A DNA stretch of 64,000 nucleotides from Anaeromyxobacteraceae bacterium (GTDB taxonomy: Bacteria; Myxococcota; Myxococcia; Myxococcales; Anaeromyxobacteraceae), in the NCBI GenBank assembly GCA_032654565.1, contig JAULAX010000015.1, positions 448,001 through 512,000 on the forward strand. Direction: 5' to 3'. The number at the start of each line of letters is the position of its first letter. Within the stretch, counting starts at the first letter, position 1. The notes under the pieces were generated by a model that did no database searches, was not told the origin of the DNA, and worked only from the letters and a program-made list of their open reading frames with translations. Made by a program: the position numbers and the translations under genes. Positions 30,190-40,396 of the stretch are shown one piece after another.

Positions 30190-30642
30190 GTGGACCGCTA
30201 CGCCAAGAGCTTCATCGTCCGTTGGGCCGACTGCGACGCCAACGGCCACCTGCGCAACACCGGCTACAGCGAGTACGCCATCGAGGTCCGCATGGCCTAC
30301 CTGGCCGAGCACGAGTTCGGCCTCGCCGAGATGCGCCAGCACGGCATCGGCCCGGTGCTGCTCCGCGAGGAGATCGACTACCTGCGCGAGTGCCACATGG
30401 GCGAGGAGCTCACCTGCACCTTCACGGCGCTGGGGCTGTCGCCCGACGGCGCCCGCTTCAAGGTGGTCCACGAGCTCTGGAAGCAGAACGGCAAGCAGGC
30501 GGCCCGCATCGTGGTGCTGGGCGGCTGGATCGACACCAGGCTGCGCCGGCTGGCCGCGCCGCCCGATGGCCTGCGCGAGGCCTTCGAGAAGGCGCCGCGC
30601 GGCGGGCCGTTCGAGACGCTGCCGCCGGCCGGCCAGCGCTGA
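30190..30642 (+). CDS. Acyl-CoA thioesterase (4HBT/hotdog fold)
   Basis: VRWADCDANGHLRN, REEIDYLRE. Confidence 0.85.
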   Translation: MDRYAKSFIVRWADCDANGHLRNTGYSEYAIEVRMAYLAEHEFGLAEMRQHGIGPVLLREEIDYLRECHMGEELTCTFTALGLSPDGARFKVVHELWKQNGKQAARIVVLGGWIDTRLRRLAAPPDGLREAFEKAPRGGPFETLPPAGQR

Positions 30643-30743
30643 GCGCCGGAGAGGGCCGGGGCGCGCCGCGGCCGGGGGGAGTCCGGAGGGCGCAGACAGG
30701 CAGCCTGCGCCGCAGCAGGGAACGGGCCCGGTGAGTGGCGACT

Positions 30744-32060
30744 TCAGGGTCCCGGCGCCGGCGCGACGGCCCGGGCCGCGGCCACCACCGCCGACTCCAG
30801 CCGGGGGGCCAGCTCGGTGCCGTAGTAGCTGCGCTGCGCCTCGCCCCGCCCCACGGTGAAGCGGGCGGTGGTCTCCACGTAGCCGACGTAGCCGCCCACC
30901 AGCGAGAGCAGCTCGGCGTCCGGCCCGGCCGCGGCCCGCCAGTCCCGGCCCACCCCCTCCACCGGCTCGGAGGGGGTGGCCAGCAGCAGCACCGGCCCCA
31001 GCCGCAGCGCCGTGACCCGCGCCGTCGCCGGCAGCATGGCCCCCAGCAGCGCGCGCGCCGCCGGCCGGAGCAGGCGCGGCACCGCCCCGGGCGCCAGCGG
31101 CGGCAGCGACACCTCGGCCGAGGCAACCGCCAGGCGCGGCGAGCGGTCGGCCGGCCCGGCGGCCAGGGCGTCGATGGAGTCGCCCAGCAGGCGGGCGTAG
31201 GCGGCGTGCTGGGTCTCGCCCGGCGCCACCGAGGTGGGGGGCAGCCGGACCGACTGGTCGCCGATGGCCCCCTGGAAGAAGAGGCGCGGCCCGTGGGCCC
31301 CGGCCGCCAGCAGGCGCCCCGGCCAGTCTCCGCTGAGCCGACGGTTGTCCTGGCCGAGGAAGGTGGGGTGGGCCGAGAAGGCGACCAGCTCCGCCACCGG
31401 CTCGCCGCCCGGCCGGCTCAGCCGCAGCACCAGCAGCCGGTCGTCGGGCTCGGCGCCGGTCCGGTTGCGGGTCAGGCCGTCGAGGTGGGCGCGGGTCACC
31501 GCCAGCGTGGCCGGGGCGCGGGCGGCGTGGGCGGCGCGGACCACCGCGGCCAGATCGTCGACCAGCCGGGTGAAGGTGTCCGGGTCGTACGGGCCGGTGG
31601 CGGCGATGATCCCGGCGGTGGAGTCCCAGTAGCCGCCCAGGCCGGCGTGGGTGTGGGTGGCGGCCAGCAGCAGGGCGTCGAGGCCGAGGTCGGCCACCCG
31701 GGCCCGGAGCGCGGCGTCGAGCGCTTCGGGGATGAGCAGCAGCTCCACCGAGACCAGCGCCACCCGGGCCCCCGGCTCCTCCAGCACCAGCGCCCGCGCC
31801 GTGAGCGGGTCGCGCACCCCCTCGGCCTTCCAGAGCAGGCGGGGGAAGCCGGCGATGAGCGGGGCCGGACCGAGGGTCAGCGGCCGCACCGCCACGCCGG
31901 CCGAGAGCGGCCCGCCGCCGGTGACCACCGCGGTCACCGTGGGCCTCGATGAGGGGCGATCGGCCCGCCACGGGAGCGAGAGCAGGGCCAGCGCCACCAG
32001 CAGGGCGATGGCCGTGGCGGCGAGCGCCTGGAGGGCGCGGCGGGCGGGGTTCCATTTCAA
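30744..32060 (-). CDS. Neutral/alkaline ceramidase-like protein
   Basis: GVRDPLTARALVL, ATHTHAG, FSAHPT, SGDWPG, FFQGAIGD; N-terminal TM; start approximate. Confidence 0.75.
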   Translation of the reverse strand: MKWNPARRALQALAATAIALLVALALLSLPWRADRPSSRPTVTAVVTGGGPLSAGVAVRPLTLGPAPLIAGFPRLLWKAEGVRDPLTARALVLEEPGARVALVSVELLLIPEALDAALRARVADLGLDALLLAATHTHAGLGGYWDSTAGIIAATGPYDPDTFTRLVDDLAAVVRAAHAARAPATLAVTRAHLDGLTRNRTGAEPDDRLLVLRLSRPGGEPVAELVAFSAHPTFLGQDNRRLSGDWPGRLLAAGAHGPRLFFQGAIGDQSVRLPPTSVAPGETQHAAYARLLGDSIDALAAGPADRSPRLAVASAEVSLPPLAPGAVPRLLRPAARALLGAMLPATARVTALRLGPVLLLATPSEPVEGVGRDWRAAAGPDAELLSLVGGYVGYVETTARFTVGRGEAQRSYYGTELAPRLESAVVAAARAVAPAPGP

Positions 32061-32087
32061 GACCGGACGGTTATACTCCGCCGCCTC

Positions 32088-33548
32088 ATGGGGTACGACG
32101 CCGTCTACGACAAGCTGAAGGACGAGTGCGGGATCTTCGGGATCTGGGGGCTCGGCCAGCAGGAGGAGGCGGCCAACTTCGCCTACCTGGGGCTGCACGC
32201 CCTGCAGCACCGCGGGCAGGAGGCGGCCGGCATCGTCTCCACCGACGGCGAGACCCTGCACGTCCACCGCGACATGGGGCACGTCGCCGACATCTTCACC
32301 GCCGAGGTCATCGCCCGCCTGAAGGGCGGCGCCGCCATCGGCCACGTCCGCTACTCGACCACCGGCGCCAGCCACGTCAAGAACGCCCAGCCCTTCGCCG
32401 TGGAGTACGCCGGCGGGGCGGTGGCGGTCGGCCACAACGGCAACCTGGTCAACGCCGACCAGCTCCGCAGCGAGCTGGAGGCGCTCGGCTCCATCTTCAC
32501 CTCCTCCAGCGACACCGAGGTGATCGTCCACCTCATCGCCCGCTCCCGGGTGCACGCCTCGCCCGGCTCGCCGGCCCACCTGGTGGCCTCGGTCCGCGAG
32601 GCCCTGGGCCGGGTCTCCGGCGCCTACTCGCTGGTCTTCCTCACCCCCACCGCCATGGTCGGGGTCCGCGACCCCATGGGCTTCCGCCCGCTGGTGCTGG
32701 GGCGGCTCAAGGGGCAGTGGGTGCTGGCCAGCGAGACCACCGCGCTCGACCTGATCGAGGCCGAGTACGTCCGCGAGGTGGAGCCGGGCGAGCTGATCGT
32801 GGTCGACCGCGACGGGCTGCGCAGCGAGCGGCTCTTCCCCGACCGCCCCGCCGAGAAGCGGCTGGGCCGGTGCATCTTCGAGGCCATCTACTTCGCCCGC
32901 CCCGACTCCATCCTCTTCGGCCGCTCGGTCTACGCCACCCGCCACGCCTTCGGGCGGCGGCTGGCCATCGAGCACCCGGTCCCCGCCGACCTGGTCATCC
33001 CGGTGCCCGACTCCGGCGTGCCGGCGGCCATCGGCTACGCCGAGCAGAGCGGCATCCCCTTCAACATGGGGCTGGTGCGCAGCCACTACGTCGGCCGCAC
33101 CTTCATCGAGCCCTCGGCGCAGATCCGCCACTTCGGCGTCAAGCTCAAGCTCAACGCCCTGAAGGACGTGCTCAAGGGCAAGCGGGTGGTGGTGGTGGAC
33201 GACTCGATCGTCCGCGGCACCACCAGCCGCAAGATCGTCAAGATGATCCGGGCCGCCGGGGCCAGCGAGGTGCACCTGCGCATCTCCTCGCCGCCCACCT
33301 CCTGGCCCTGCTACTACGGCATCGACACCCCGACGCGGCAGGAGCTGATCGCCTCCACGCACGACGAGCTGCAGATCGCCACCTACGTCACCGCCGACAC
33401 CCTCGGCTACCTGTCGCTGCCGGGGATGTACCAGGCCATCGGCGAGCCGCGCGAGACCTACTGCGACGCCTGCTTCTCGGGGGAGTACCTCATCGACTTC
33501 CCCAAGCGGCCGGCGGTGGCCCGCAGCCTGCGCGTGGTCGGGACCTAG
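32088..33548 (+). CDS. purF: Amidophosphoribosyltransferase
   Basis: Propeptide then ECGIFG, LQHRGQE, GHVRYST, HNGNL, VVVDDSIVRGTT, PCYYGID, CDACF. Confidence 0.97.
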   Translation: MGYDAVYDKLKDECGIFGIWGLGQQEEAANFAYLGLHALQHRGQEAAGIVSTDGETLHVHRDMGHVADIFTAEVIARLKGGAAIGHVRYSTTGASHVKNAQPFAVEYAGGAVAVGHNGNLVNADQLRSELEALGSIFTSSSDTEVIVHLIARSRVHASPGSPAHLVASVREALGRVSGAYSLVFLTPTAMVGVRDPMGFRPLVLGRLKGQWVLASETTALDLIEAEYVREVEPGELIVVDRDGLRSERLFPDRPAEKRLGRCIFEAIYFARPDSILFGRSVYATRHAFGRRLAIEHPVPADLVIPVPDSGVPAAIGYAEQSGIPFNMGLVRSHYVGRTFIEPSAQIRHFGVKLKLNALKDVLKGKRVVVVDDSIVRGTTSRKIVKMIRAAGASEVHLRISSPPTSWPCYYGIDTPTRQELIASTHDELQIATYVTADTLGYLSLPGMYQAIGEPRETYCDACFSGEYLIDFPKRPAVARSLRVVGT

Positions 33549-33629
33549 GACCGCCACCTCACCCCGGCGAGGCGGCGCGGCCGACGTCGGGCGCCCGGAT
33601 TCAACCGCGGCGAGGCGAGACGGCTCGGC

Positions 33630-34601
33630 TCAGCGGGACTGTTGCCCCGCACCCCGCGCGCCCGCCGCGGCGCCCACGGTGGCGTTGGCGCCCGGTCCGG
33701 GGGTCGCGGCGCGCTCCTCCGACGCCCACGGCGCCAGCCGCTGCAGGGCGCCGGCGATGAGCGGGTCGGTGGGGGCCAGCCGCCGCGCCTCGCGCAGCCG
33801 GGCCACGGCCACCTCGATGCGGCCGGCGGTGAGGTGGGCGATCCCCTCGTCGAAGAGGTTCTGGGCGGCGGCGCTCCGGCCGCCGGCCCCGTTCGGCCCC
33901 ACCGTCGGCGCCGGCAGCTTGACGCCGGCCGAGGCCAGGGACTTCTCGGCGGCCGCCAGCGGCCCGTTCCAGGACTCGGGGGGCACGGCGTCGGCGGCGG
34001 CCAGCACCAGCAGCCGCCGGGCCAGCAGGGCGAAGATGGAGCCGCGCACCCGGTCGAAGGCCGAGCCGAGCTGGCGGGCCAGCGCCTCGATGGTGATCCC
34101 GGCGCCGATGCGGCGCAGCACCGCCACCTCCTCAGGGGAGAAGTCGGCGATGAAGCGGGGGGGCGGGCCGAGCCGCAGCATGGTCTGGCGCGGCAGCCGG
34201 TCGGGGAGGCGCTGCGAGGTGGCGGCGGCCTGGGGGTCGGCGCGCAGCAGCACGTCGAACCAGGCCGGGGGGGTGCGATCGGCCTGGAACTGGATGCCGA
34301 GGCGGGACGGGCTCTCGGCGCGGGTCCAGACCACCCGGCCGGTGGCCTCGATGGTCTGGCCGATGGCGTCGCAGTAGATCTTGAGCTTGAGGTCGCGCCC
34401 CGGGGCGGCGATGCGCGGGGTCACCAGCTGGCAGCCGAGCGGACCGAGGTCCTCGGTGGCGGCGGTCCAGGCGGAGAACCGGTCGCGGACCTCGACGCGG
34501 CAGCGGTGGGCCACTCGTGGTGCGCGCCTCGGATTGAGCAGCTCGTTCAGCACGGCCTTCCCCCTCTGCGTGTGAAGCGTAGATAACAGTCGGGCGAGCA
34601 T
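33630..34601 (-). CDS. PilZ domain protein with C-terminal TPR-like helices
   Basis: NPRRAPR, EDLGPLGC, GRVVW, C-terminal LFDEGIAHL...ARRLAP; start uncertain. Confidence 0.7.
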   Translation of the reverse strand: MLARLLSTLHTQRGKAVLNELLNPRRAPRVAHRCRVEVRDRFSAWTAATEDLGPLGCQLVTPRIAAPGRDLKLKIYCDAIGQTIEATGRVVWTRAESPSRLGIQFQADRTPPAWFDVLLRADPQAAATSQRLPDRLPRQTMLRLGPPPRFIADFSPEEVAVLRRIGAGITIEALARQLGSAFDRVRGSIFALLARRLLVLAAADAVPPESWNGPLAAAEKSLASAGVKLPAPTVGPNGAGGRSAAAQNLFDEGIAHLTAGRIEVAVARLREARRLAPTDPLIAGALQRLAPWASEERAATPGPGANATVGAAAGARGAGQQSR

Positions 34602-35024
34602 GTGACATCAACCGATAAGGGGGCCAAACGCTTGTTTCTTTTCCGGGCCCCGAAAGGGGCTCGCCCGCCCCGGAGCCCAATCGAAGCGGCTCCGGACCGG
34701 GTCGCAGAGGGGGGCGATCGGGGAGGACCGGGAGTTGTCCCTGGCCACCGGCGACCGGGGTCCTCCGAGGTGGCCGAGGGGGGGGGTGGGGCAGTCCGCC
34801 GCGGGCCGACTCCGCCCCCCGTTGACGCGCCGTCCTACGTACCCCCGGTCTTGGTACACGTTCGGGGCGTGGCCGCCGGCGGAAGGCGATCGTCACGGAA
34901 GGCCCAATTTATAGGGTGATCGTGAGGATCCGAAGTTGACTCCCCGATCCGGAAGCGATATCAGCTTGAGCCATCGCCGCCCTGTTACTCCAATCGACCA
35001 GTGGCGGCAGGAGGGTTCTCCGAC

Positions 35025-35312
35025 ATGACGCAGGCCCAGTTCTTCCAGGCGGTGGCCGAGACGGCCAATGTTTCCAAGGTGCAGGCCAAGGCGGTCTTCG
35101 CCGCGGTCGAAGAGGTTGTCCTGAAGCGGCTCAAGGCCGAGGGGAAGATCCCGCTCGGTGGCCTCGGCGCCGTGAAGCTGGTCGACCGGAAGGCCCGCAT
35201 CGGCCGCAACCCGGCCACCGGTGAGCAGATCAAGATCGCCGCCAAGACGGTGGTCAAGATCGCTCCGGCCAAGGGTCTCAAGGACGCCTTCAACAAGAAG
35301 GCGAAGAAGTAG
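35025..35312 (+). CDS. HU-family DNA-binding protein
   Basis: RKARIGRNPATGEQIKIAAK, PAKGLKD. Confidence 0.93.
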   Translation: MTQAQFFQAVAETANVSKVQAKAVFAAVEEVVLKRLKAEGKIPLGGLGAVKLVDRKARIGRNPATGEQIKIAAKTVVKIAPAKGLKDAFNKKAKK

Positions 35313-35336
35313 CTTCCGGTTTCCGAACCGTTTTCG

Positions 35337-35370
35337 ACGCCCGTCGCGCACCCGCGCGGCGGGCGTTTTT
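35337..35370 (+). terminator. Rho-independent terminator after HU
   Basis: acgcccgtcgcgc-accc-gcgcggcgggcgt stem followed by T run. Confidence 0.8.
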
Positions 35371-35405
35371 ACGTGGGGCGCGCGGCCGCATCGCTGCGTA
35401 TCTCC

Positions 35406-35434
35406 TTGACAATCTCCACCCGCCCTTTTAGCGT
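35406..35434 (+). promoter_or_regulatory. sigma70 promoter of nuoE
   Basis: TTGACA-N17-TAGCGT. Confidence 0.7.
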
Positions 35435-35479
35435 CCGGCCCCGTTCCACACGCTCCCGTAACCCCACTTTCGGACTCCC

Positions 35480-35989
35480 ATGACGAACCATGCAGGTGGT
35501 GTCGAGGGGCTGCCGCGAGAGAAGGTCGAGCAGTTCGACCGAGCGCTCGCCCCCATCCTCAAGCGGTACCCGCCCGACCGGCAGGCCTCGGCGATGATCC
35601 CGGCGCTCCGGCTGGGGCAGGCCCTGTTCGGGCACATCTCCCCGGCGGTGCAGGCGCTGGCCGCCGACCGGCTGGGCACCTCGCCGTCCCGCGCCGAGGA
35701 GGTGGCCACCTTCTACGTCATGCTGGAGACCCACCCCACCGGCAAGCACCTGGTCGAGCTCTGCACCAACATCTCCTGCTCGCTGATGGGCGGCGACCAG
35801 CTCTGGGGCTACCTGAAGAGGAAGCTGGCGCTGGAGAAGGCCGGCACCACCGCCGACGGCCGCTACAGCCTGCGCGAGGTGGAGTGCCTGGGCTCCTGCG
35901 GCACCGCCCCGGCCATGCTGGTGGACGAGGAGATGTACGAGCAGCTGACGCCGCAGAAGGTCGACTCCATCCTCAAGGGGCTCTCGTGA
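35480..35989 (+). CDS. nuoE: NADH-quinone oxidoreductase subunit E
   Basis: EVATFY, CTNISC, ECLGSCGTAP (2Fe-2S ligands). Confidence 0.95.
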   Translation: MTNHAGGVEGLPREKVEQFDRALAPILKRYPPDRQASAMIPALRLGQALFGHISPAVQALAADRLGTSPSRAEEVATFYVMLETHPTGKHLVELCTNISCSLMGGDQLWGYLKRKLALEKAGTTADGRYSLREVECLGSCGTAPAMLVDEEMYEQLTPQKVDSILKGLS

Positions 35990-37317
35990 GCGACACGCTC
36001 GTCCTCTCCGCCCGCTGGGGCAGGCCCAACTCCGCCGCCCTCTCCACCTACCGGGCCGACGGCGGCTACGGCACGCTCGACAAGGCGCTCGGCCTCGACC
36101 CCGCGCTGATCGTCGACGAGGTGAAGAAGTCGAACCTGCGCGGCCGCGGCGGCGCCGGCTTCGCCACCGGCCTGAAGTGGACCTTCCTGCCGAAGGACAT
36201 CCGCCCCCGCTACCTGACCGTCAACGCCGACGAGTCGGAGCCCGGCACCTTCAAGGACCGCTACATCATCGAGCACGACCCGCACCAGCTCATCGAGGGG
36301 ATCGCGCTCACCTGCTACGCGCTCGACATCCACCTCGCCTACATCTACATCCGCGGCGAGTTCGCCAAGCAGGCCCGCATCCTCGAGGTGGCCATCGAGG
36401 AGGCCCGCGCCGCCGGCGTCATCGGGCCGAAGCTGCTCGGCAAGAAGGACTTCGACCTCGACATCCACGTGCACCGCGGCGCGGGCGCCTACATCTGCGG
36501 CGAGGAGTCGGCGCTGCTGGAGTCGCTGGAGGGCAAGAAGGGCTACCCGCGCCTCAAGCCGCCCTTCCCGGCGGTGGTGGGGCTGTGGGGCAAGCCGACC
36601 ATCATCAACAACGTCGAGACCATCGCCAACGTGCCGTGGATCGTGCAGCACGGCGGCGACGCCTTCGCGGCGCTGGGCACCGGCAAGTCGGGCGGCACCC
36701 GGCTCTTCGGCGTCTCCGGCCACGTCAACCGGCCGGGCGTCTACGAGAAGGCCTGCCACTACAACCTGAAGAAGCTGATCATGGAGGACGCCGGCGGCAT
36801 CGTCGGCGGCCGCGCCCTGAAGGCGGTCATCCCCGGCGGCTCCTCGTCGCCGGTGCTGGCGGCCCACGAGATCGACATCTCCATGGAGTTCGACGCCGTC
36901 AAGGCGGCCGGCTCGATGTCCGGCTCCGGCGGCGTCATCGTCTTCGACGAGTCGGCCTGCATGGTCCGGGCGCTGGCCCGGCTCTCCCGCTTCTACGCCG
37001 AGGAGTCCTGCGGCCAGTGCACGCCCTGCCGCGAGGGGACCAACTGGATGGAGGGGATCCTCCACAAGCTGGAGGCCGGCCACGGCACCGCCGCCGACGT
37101 CGACAAGCTGGAGCAGGTGGCCAACTCCATCGCCGGCAACACCATCTGCGCGCTCGGCGACGCCGCCGCCATGCCGGTGCAGTCCTTCATCAAGAAGTTC
37201 AAGCCCGAGTTCCTGCGCCACGCCGAGCAGCGCTGCTGCCCGTTCGGCGACCACGGCTGGGGGCTCACCCAGGCGCCGCAGGACGCGGTGGCCGGGCCCG
37301 TGAGGTACGCGCGATGA
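35986..37317 (+). CDS. nuoF: NADH-quinone oxidoreductase subunit F
   Basis: [51 protein letters not shown]. Confidence 0.97.
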   Translation: MSDTLVLSARWGRPNSAALSTYRADGGYGTLDKALGLDPALIVDEVKKSNLRGRGGAGFATGLKWTFLPKDIRPRYLTVNADESEPGTFKDRYIIEHDPHQLIEGIALTCYALDIHLAYIYIRGEFAKQARILEVAIEEARAAGVIGPKLLGKKDFDLDIHVHRGAGAYICGEESALLESLEGKKGYPRLKPPFPAVVGLWGKPTIINNVETIANVPWIVQHGGDAFAALGTGKSGGTRLFGVSGHVNRPGVYEKACHYNLKKLIMEDAGGIVGGRALKAVIPGGSSSPVLAAHEIDISMEFDAVKAAGSMSGSGGVIVFDESACMVRALARLSRFYAEESCGQCTPCREGTNWMEGILHKLEAGHGTAADVDKLEQVANSIAGNTICALGDAAAMPVQSFIKKFKPEFLRHAEQRCCPFGDHGWGLTQAPQDAVAGPVRYAR

Positions 37318-37832
37318 CGTCCGACCTGTTCACCGCCGAGCAGATCATCTTCTTCGTCTTCGCCATCCCGATGGTGCTGACCGCCCTCGGCGTGGTGGTG
37401 GCGCGCAGCCCCATGTACGCGGCCATGAGCCTGGTGGCCGCCTTCTTCTGCATGGCCGGCGTCTACGTGCTGCTCTCCGCCCACCTCATCGCCTTCATGC
37501 AGATCCTGGTCTACGCCGGGGCGGTGATGGTGCTCTTCCTCTTCGTCATCATGCTGCTCAGCCTGGGGCACGAGCAGCAGGAGGTGGAGCAGCTCAAGAA
37601 GATCCAGTGGCTCGGCTTCGTGCTCGGCGGCGGCGGCCTGATGGCGCTGCTGGCCTGGATCTCCCGCGAGGTGGCCGGCGCCGAGATGGCCCGGGTGGGC
37701 GCCGACTTCGGCACCGTCAAGGCGGTGGGGCGCGCCCTCTTCACCCAGTACCTGCTCCCCTTCGAGGCCACCAGCCTCCTGCTCACCGTGGCCATCGTCG
37801 GCGCGGTGGTGGTGGCCAAGGAGAAGATCTAG
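37314..37832 (+). CDS. nuoJ: NADH-quinone oxidoreductase subunit J
   Basis: [26 protein letters not shown]. Confidence 0.95.
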   Translation: MTSDLFTAEQIIFFVFAIPMVLTALGVVVARSPMYAAMSLVAAFFCMAGVYVLLSAHLIAFMQILVYAGAVMVLFLFVIMLLSLGHEQQEVEQLKKIQWLGFVLGGGGLMALLAWISREVAGAEMARVGADFGTVKAVGRALFTQYLLPFEATSLLLTVAIVGAVVVAKEKI

Positions 37833-37834
37833 CC

Positions 37835-38143
37835 ATGGTCCCCGTGCAGTGGTTCCTGATGCTGGCGGCGGTGCTCTTCGGCATCGGCCTGGTGGGCGTG
37901 CTGGTCAAGCGCAACGCCCTCATCGTCATGATGTGCGTGGAGCTGATGCTCAACGCCGCCAACCTGACCTTCCTGGCCTTCTCCCGGCAGCAGGGGAACA
38001 TCGGCGGCCACGCCATCGCCTTCTTCGTCATCGCCGTGGCCGCGGCCGAGGCGGCGGTGGGCCTGGCCATCGTCATCGCCATCTACCGGACCCGCGGCTC
38101 GGTCAACGTGGACGAGGTCCGGGAGCTGCGCGAGGAGGCCTGA
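37835..38143 (+). CDS. nuoK: NADH-quinone oxidoreductase subunit K
   Basis: [31 protein letters not shown]. Confidence 0.96.
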   Translation: MVPVQWFLMLAAVLFGIGLVGVLVKRNALIVMMCVELMLNAANLTFLAFSRQQGNIGGHAIAFFVIAVAAAEAAVGLAIVIAIYRTRGSVNVDEVRELREEA

Positions 38144-38187
38144 GCGGTCGTTTCCAGCCGGCGGGGAGAGCGAGGTAGAGTCGCGCC

Positions 38188-39189
38188 ATGCTCGCCCGCT
38201 GCGCCCGCTGCCAGGGCACCTTCACCACCGACGCCTTCGGCCTCCAGACCTGCCCCCACTGCGGCTCCGAGCTGATGCTCGCCGATCCGTCGGGGGGCTC
38301 GGCCCCGCCGCCGGTCCCGCCGCCGCCACCCGCCCCGCCGCCGCCCGCCGCCGCCGCCGAGCCGCCGCCCGTCCTTTCGTCCGGCCCGGCCGCAGCGACC
38401 CCCCCGCCCCCGCCGCCCACCGGCTGGCCTCCCCCGCCCAGCGGCTGGGGGCCGGTCCACCCGCCGCCGCCGCCCGACTGGACCGAGCAGGCCTCGCCCT
38501 TCGCCGACCGCTCCACCCGCGGCTTCTTCTCCGCCTTCTTCGAGACCTTCAAGCTGGTGGGGACGCAGCCGGCCGACTTCTTCCGCCGGGTCCGCGTCGA
38601 CCAGGCGGGCGCCGCCATCCTCTTCGGCGTCATCGGCTCGACGGTGGGCAACTGGGCGGCGCTGGTCTTCGGCGCCGTGACCCGCGTGGCCACCGTGGGC
38701 CAGCTGCAGGCCCGCATCTCCGAGCTGCCGCCCGAGGCGGCCAGGTTCATGGAGCAGCTCGCCGTCACCATCGAGGGGCTCACCTCGCCGGCGGCCACCG
38801 CGGTGCAGATGCTGCTGGCGCCGCTCATCGCCTTCATCTCCATCTACCTGGTGGCCGGGGTCATCCACCTGCTGCTCCTGCTCTTCAAGGGGGCGGGGCG
38901 TGGCTTCCAGGCCACCCTCACCGTGGTGGCCTACGCGAGCGGGCTCTACCTGGTCATGGCCATTCCCCAGTGCGGCGGGCTCATCGCCATCGTCTGGTTC
39001 CTCACCGTGCTCATCATCGGCCTCGGCGAGGCCCAGCGCTGCGGCCCCGGCAAGTCGGCGCTGGCGGTCTTCGCCCCCATGGTGCTGCTCTGCCTCTGCT
39101 GCTGCGGGCTCGGCGCCATCGGCGGGGCCGGCGCCTGGGGGGCCATCCAGCAGGCGGCCGAGGCCGCCCGGACCACCACCGTCAAGTGA
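38188..39189 (+). CDS. Zinc-ribbon + Pro-rich linker + Yip1-like membrane domain
   Basis: CARC...CPHC, Pro run, multi-TM C-terminus (QPADFF, HLLLLLF, TLTVVAY). Confidence 0.7.
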   Translation: MLARCARCQGTFTTDAFGLQTCPHCGSELMLADPSGGSAPPPVPPPPPAPPPPAAAAEPPPVLSSGPAAATPPPPPPTGWPPPPSGWGPVHPPPPPDWTEQASPFADRSTRGFFSAFFETFKLVGTQPADFFRRVRVDQAGAAILFGVIGSTVGNWAALVFGAVTRVATVGQLQARISELPPEAARFMEQLAVTIEGLTSPAATAVQMLLAPLIAFISIYLVAGVIHLLLLLFKGAGRGFQATLTVVAYASGLYLVMAIPQCGGLIAIVWFLTVLIIGLGEAQRCGPGKSALAVFAPMVLLCLCCCGLGAIGGAGAWGAIQQAAEAARTTTVK

Positions 39190-39581
39190 CCTCCGCCGGC
39201 TCCACCGCGCGCCGCTTCGGCCACCTCGAGGTCTTCGCCGCCATCGCGGCGCTCTCCTTCCTGGTGGCCCGCTTCCTCCCGGTGCTGGGGCTCCCCTACA
39301 CCTGTCCGGCGCGCGGGCTGCTCGGGCTCCCCTGCGCCACCTGCGGCATGACCCACGCCTTCGTGGCCCTGGCCCACGGCGACCTGGCGGGGGCGCTGCA
39401 CGCCAGCCCGCTCGGCGCGCTGCTGGCGGCCGCGGCCTGGGGCTTCGCGCTGGTCGACTTCACGCTGCTGGCGCTGGGGCGCCCCTTCCCGCTGCCGTCG
39501 CAGGGCGCGCTGCGCCTGGCCACCGGCGCCGGGGTGGTGGCGCTGCTCCTCAACTGGGCCTGGCTGCTGGCCCGCGGCTGA
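39186..39581 (+). CDS. DUF2752 family membrane protein
   Basis: CPARGLLGLPCATCGMTHA, ALHASPL. Confidence 0.85.
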   Translation: MTSAGSTARRFGHLEVFAAIAALSFLVARFLPVLGLPYTCPARGLLGLPCATCGMTHAFVALAHGDLAGALHASPLGALLAAAAWGFALVDFTLLALGRPFPLPSQGALRLATGAGVVALLLNWAWLLARG

Positions 39582-39590
39582 CCGGACCAC

Positions 39591-40196
39591 ATGACCGACC
39601 TCGTCCTCGGCCCCATCCTCGTCGTCGCCGGCTACTTCTGCGGCTCCATCCCGTTCGGCCTGGTGACGGCCAGGCTCTTCCTCGGGGTCGACGTGCGCCA
39701 GGTGGGGAGCGGCAACATCGGCGCCACCAACGCCGCCAGGGCCGGCGGCAAGTGGCTGGGGGCGCTGGTGCTCCTGCTCGACTCGCTGAAGGCGGTGATC
39801 CCGGTGCTGCTCACCCAGCGCTGGCTGGGGAGCGGACCGCACGGCGACTACTGGGTGATGGGGGTCTCGGTGGCCGCCTTCGCCGGCCACCTCTTCCCGG
39901 TCTGGATCGGCTTCAAGGGGGGCAAGGGCGTGGCCACCGGCCTGGGCATCTTCCTGGTGCTGGCGCCGTGGGCGGCGCTGGCCGGCCTGGCCACCTGGGT
40001 GGGCGTCTACCTCGCCACCCGCATCTCCTCGGTCGGCTCGCTGGCGGGCTCGCTGGTCTGCGTGCTGGTGGGCTTCACGCTGCTCGGCCCCACGCCCATC
40101 GCCTGGGGCTGCGCCATGGTCGGCGCGCTCATCTGGTGGCGGCACCGGGAGAACATCGGGCGGCTGCTGCGCGGCGAGGAGGGCAAGGTGCGGTAA
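39591..40196 (+). CDS. plsY: Glycerol-3-phosphate acyltransferase
   Basis: GSIPFG, GSGNIGATNAAR, GHLFP, FKGGKGVAT, HRENIGRL. Confidence 0.96.
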   Translation: MTDLVLGPILVVAGYFCGSIPFGLVTARLFLGVDVRQVGSGNIGATNAARAGGKWLGALVLLLDSLKAVIPVLLTQRWLGSGPHGDYWVMGVSVAAFAGHLFPVWIGFKGGKGVATGLGIFLVLAPWAALAGLATWVGVYLATRISSVGSLAGSLVCVLVGFTLLGPTPIAWGCAMVGALIWWRHRENIGRLLRGEEGKVR

Positions 40197-40198
40197 TT

Positions 40199-40367
40199 CC
40201 TGGGGACCGCCCTCGCCTGACCCGACCGAGAGTTCCGCCGGACGGACGGGGGGTCCGCGGCGCGGCTGCTCCGCCGGACCCGACCGAGAGTTCCGCCAGA
40301 CGACCGGCAGTCCGCGCGGCGGACCGGGGTGTCTGGGAAATCCTTCGTGATGATGCAGGTCCCCAGG
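40199..40367. repeat. REPIN-like unit: 10-bp inverted repeats enclosing two 21-bp direct repeats
   Basis: cctggggacc (40199-40208) / ggtccccagg (40358-40367); gacccgaccgagagttccgcc at 40219-40239 and 40277-40297. Confidence 0.7.
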
Positions 40368-40396
40368 TGGAACGAGTCTTGCCACCTTCCCGGGGC

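Noticed and set aside
40219..40297. Two 21-bp direct repeats with a 37-bp gap as a mini-CRISPR
   Set aside because: Only two copies, following sequences are similar rather than unique spacers, and no cas genes
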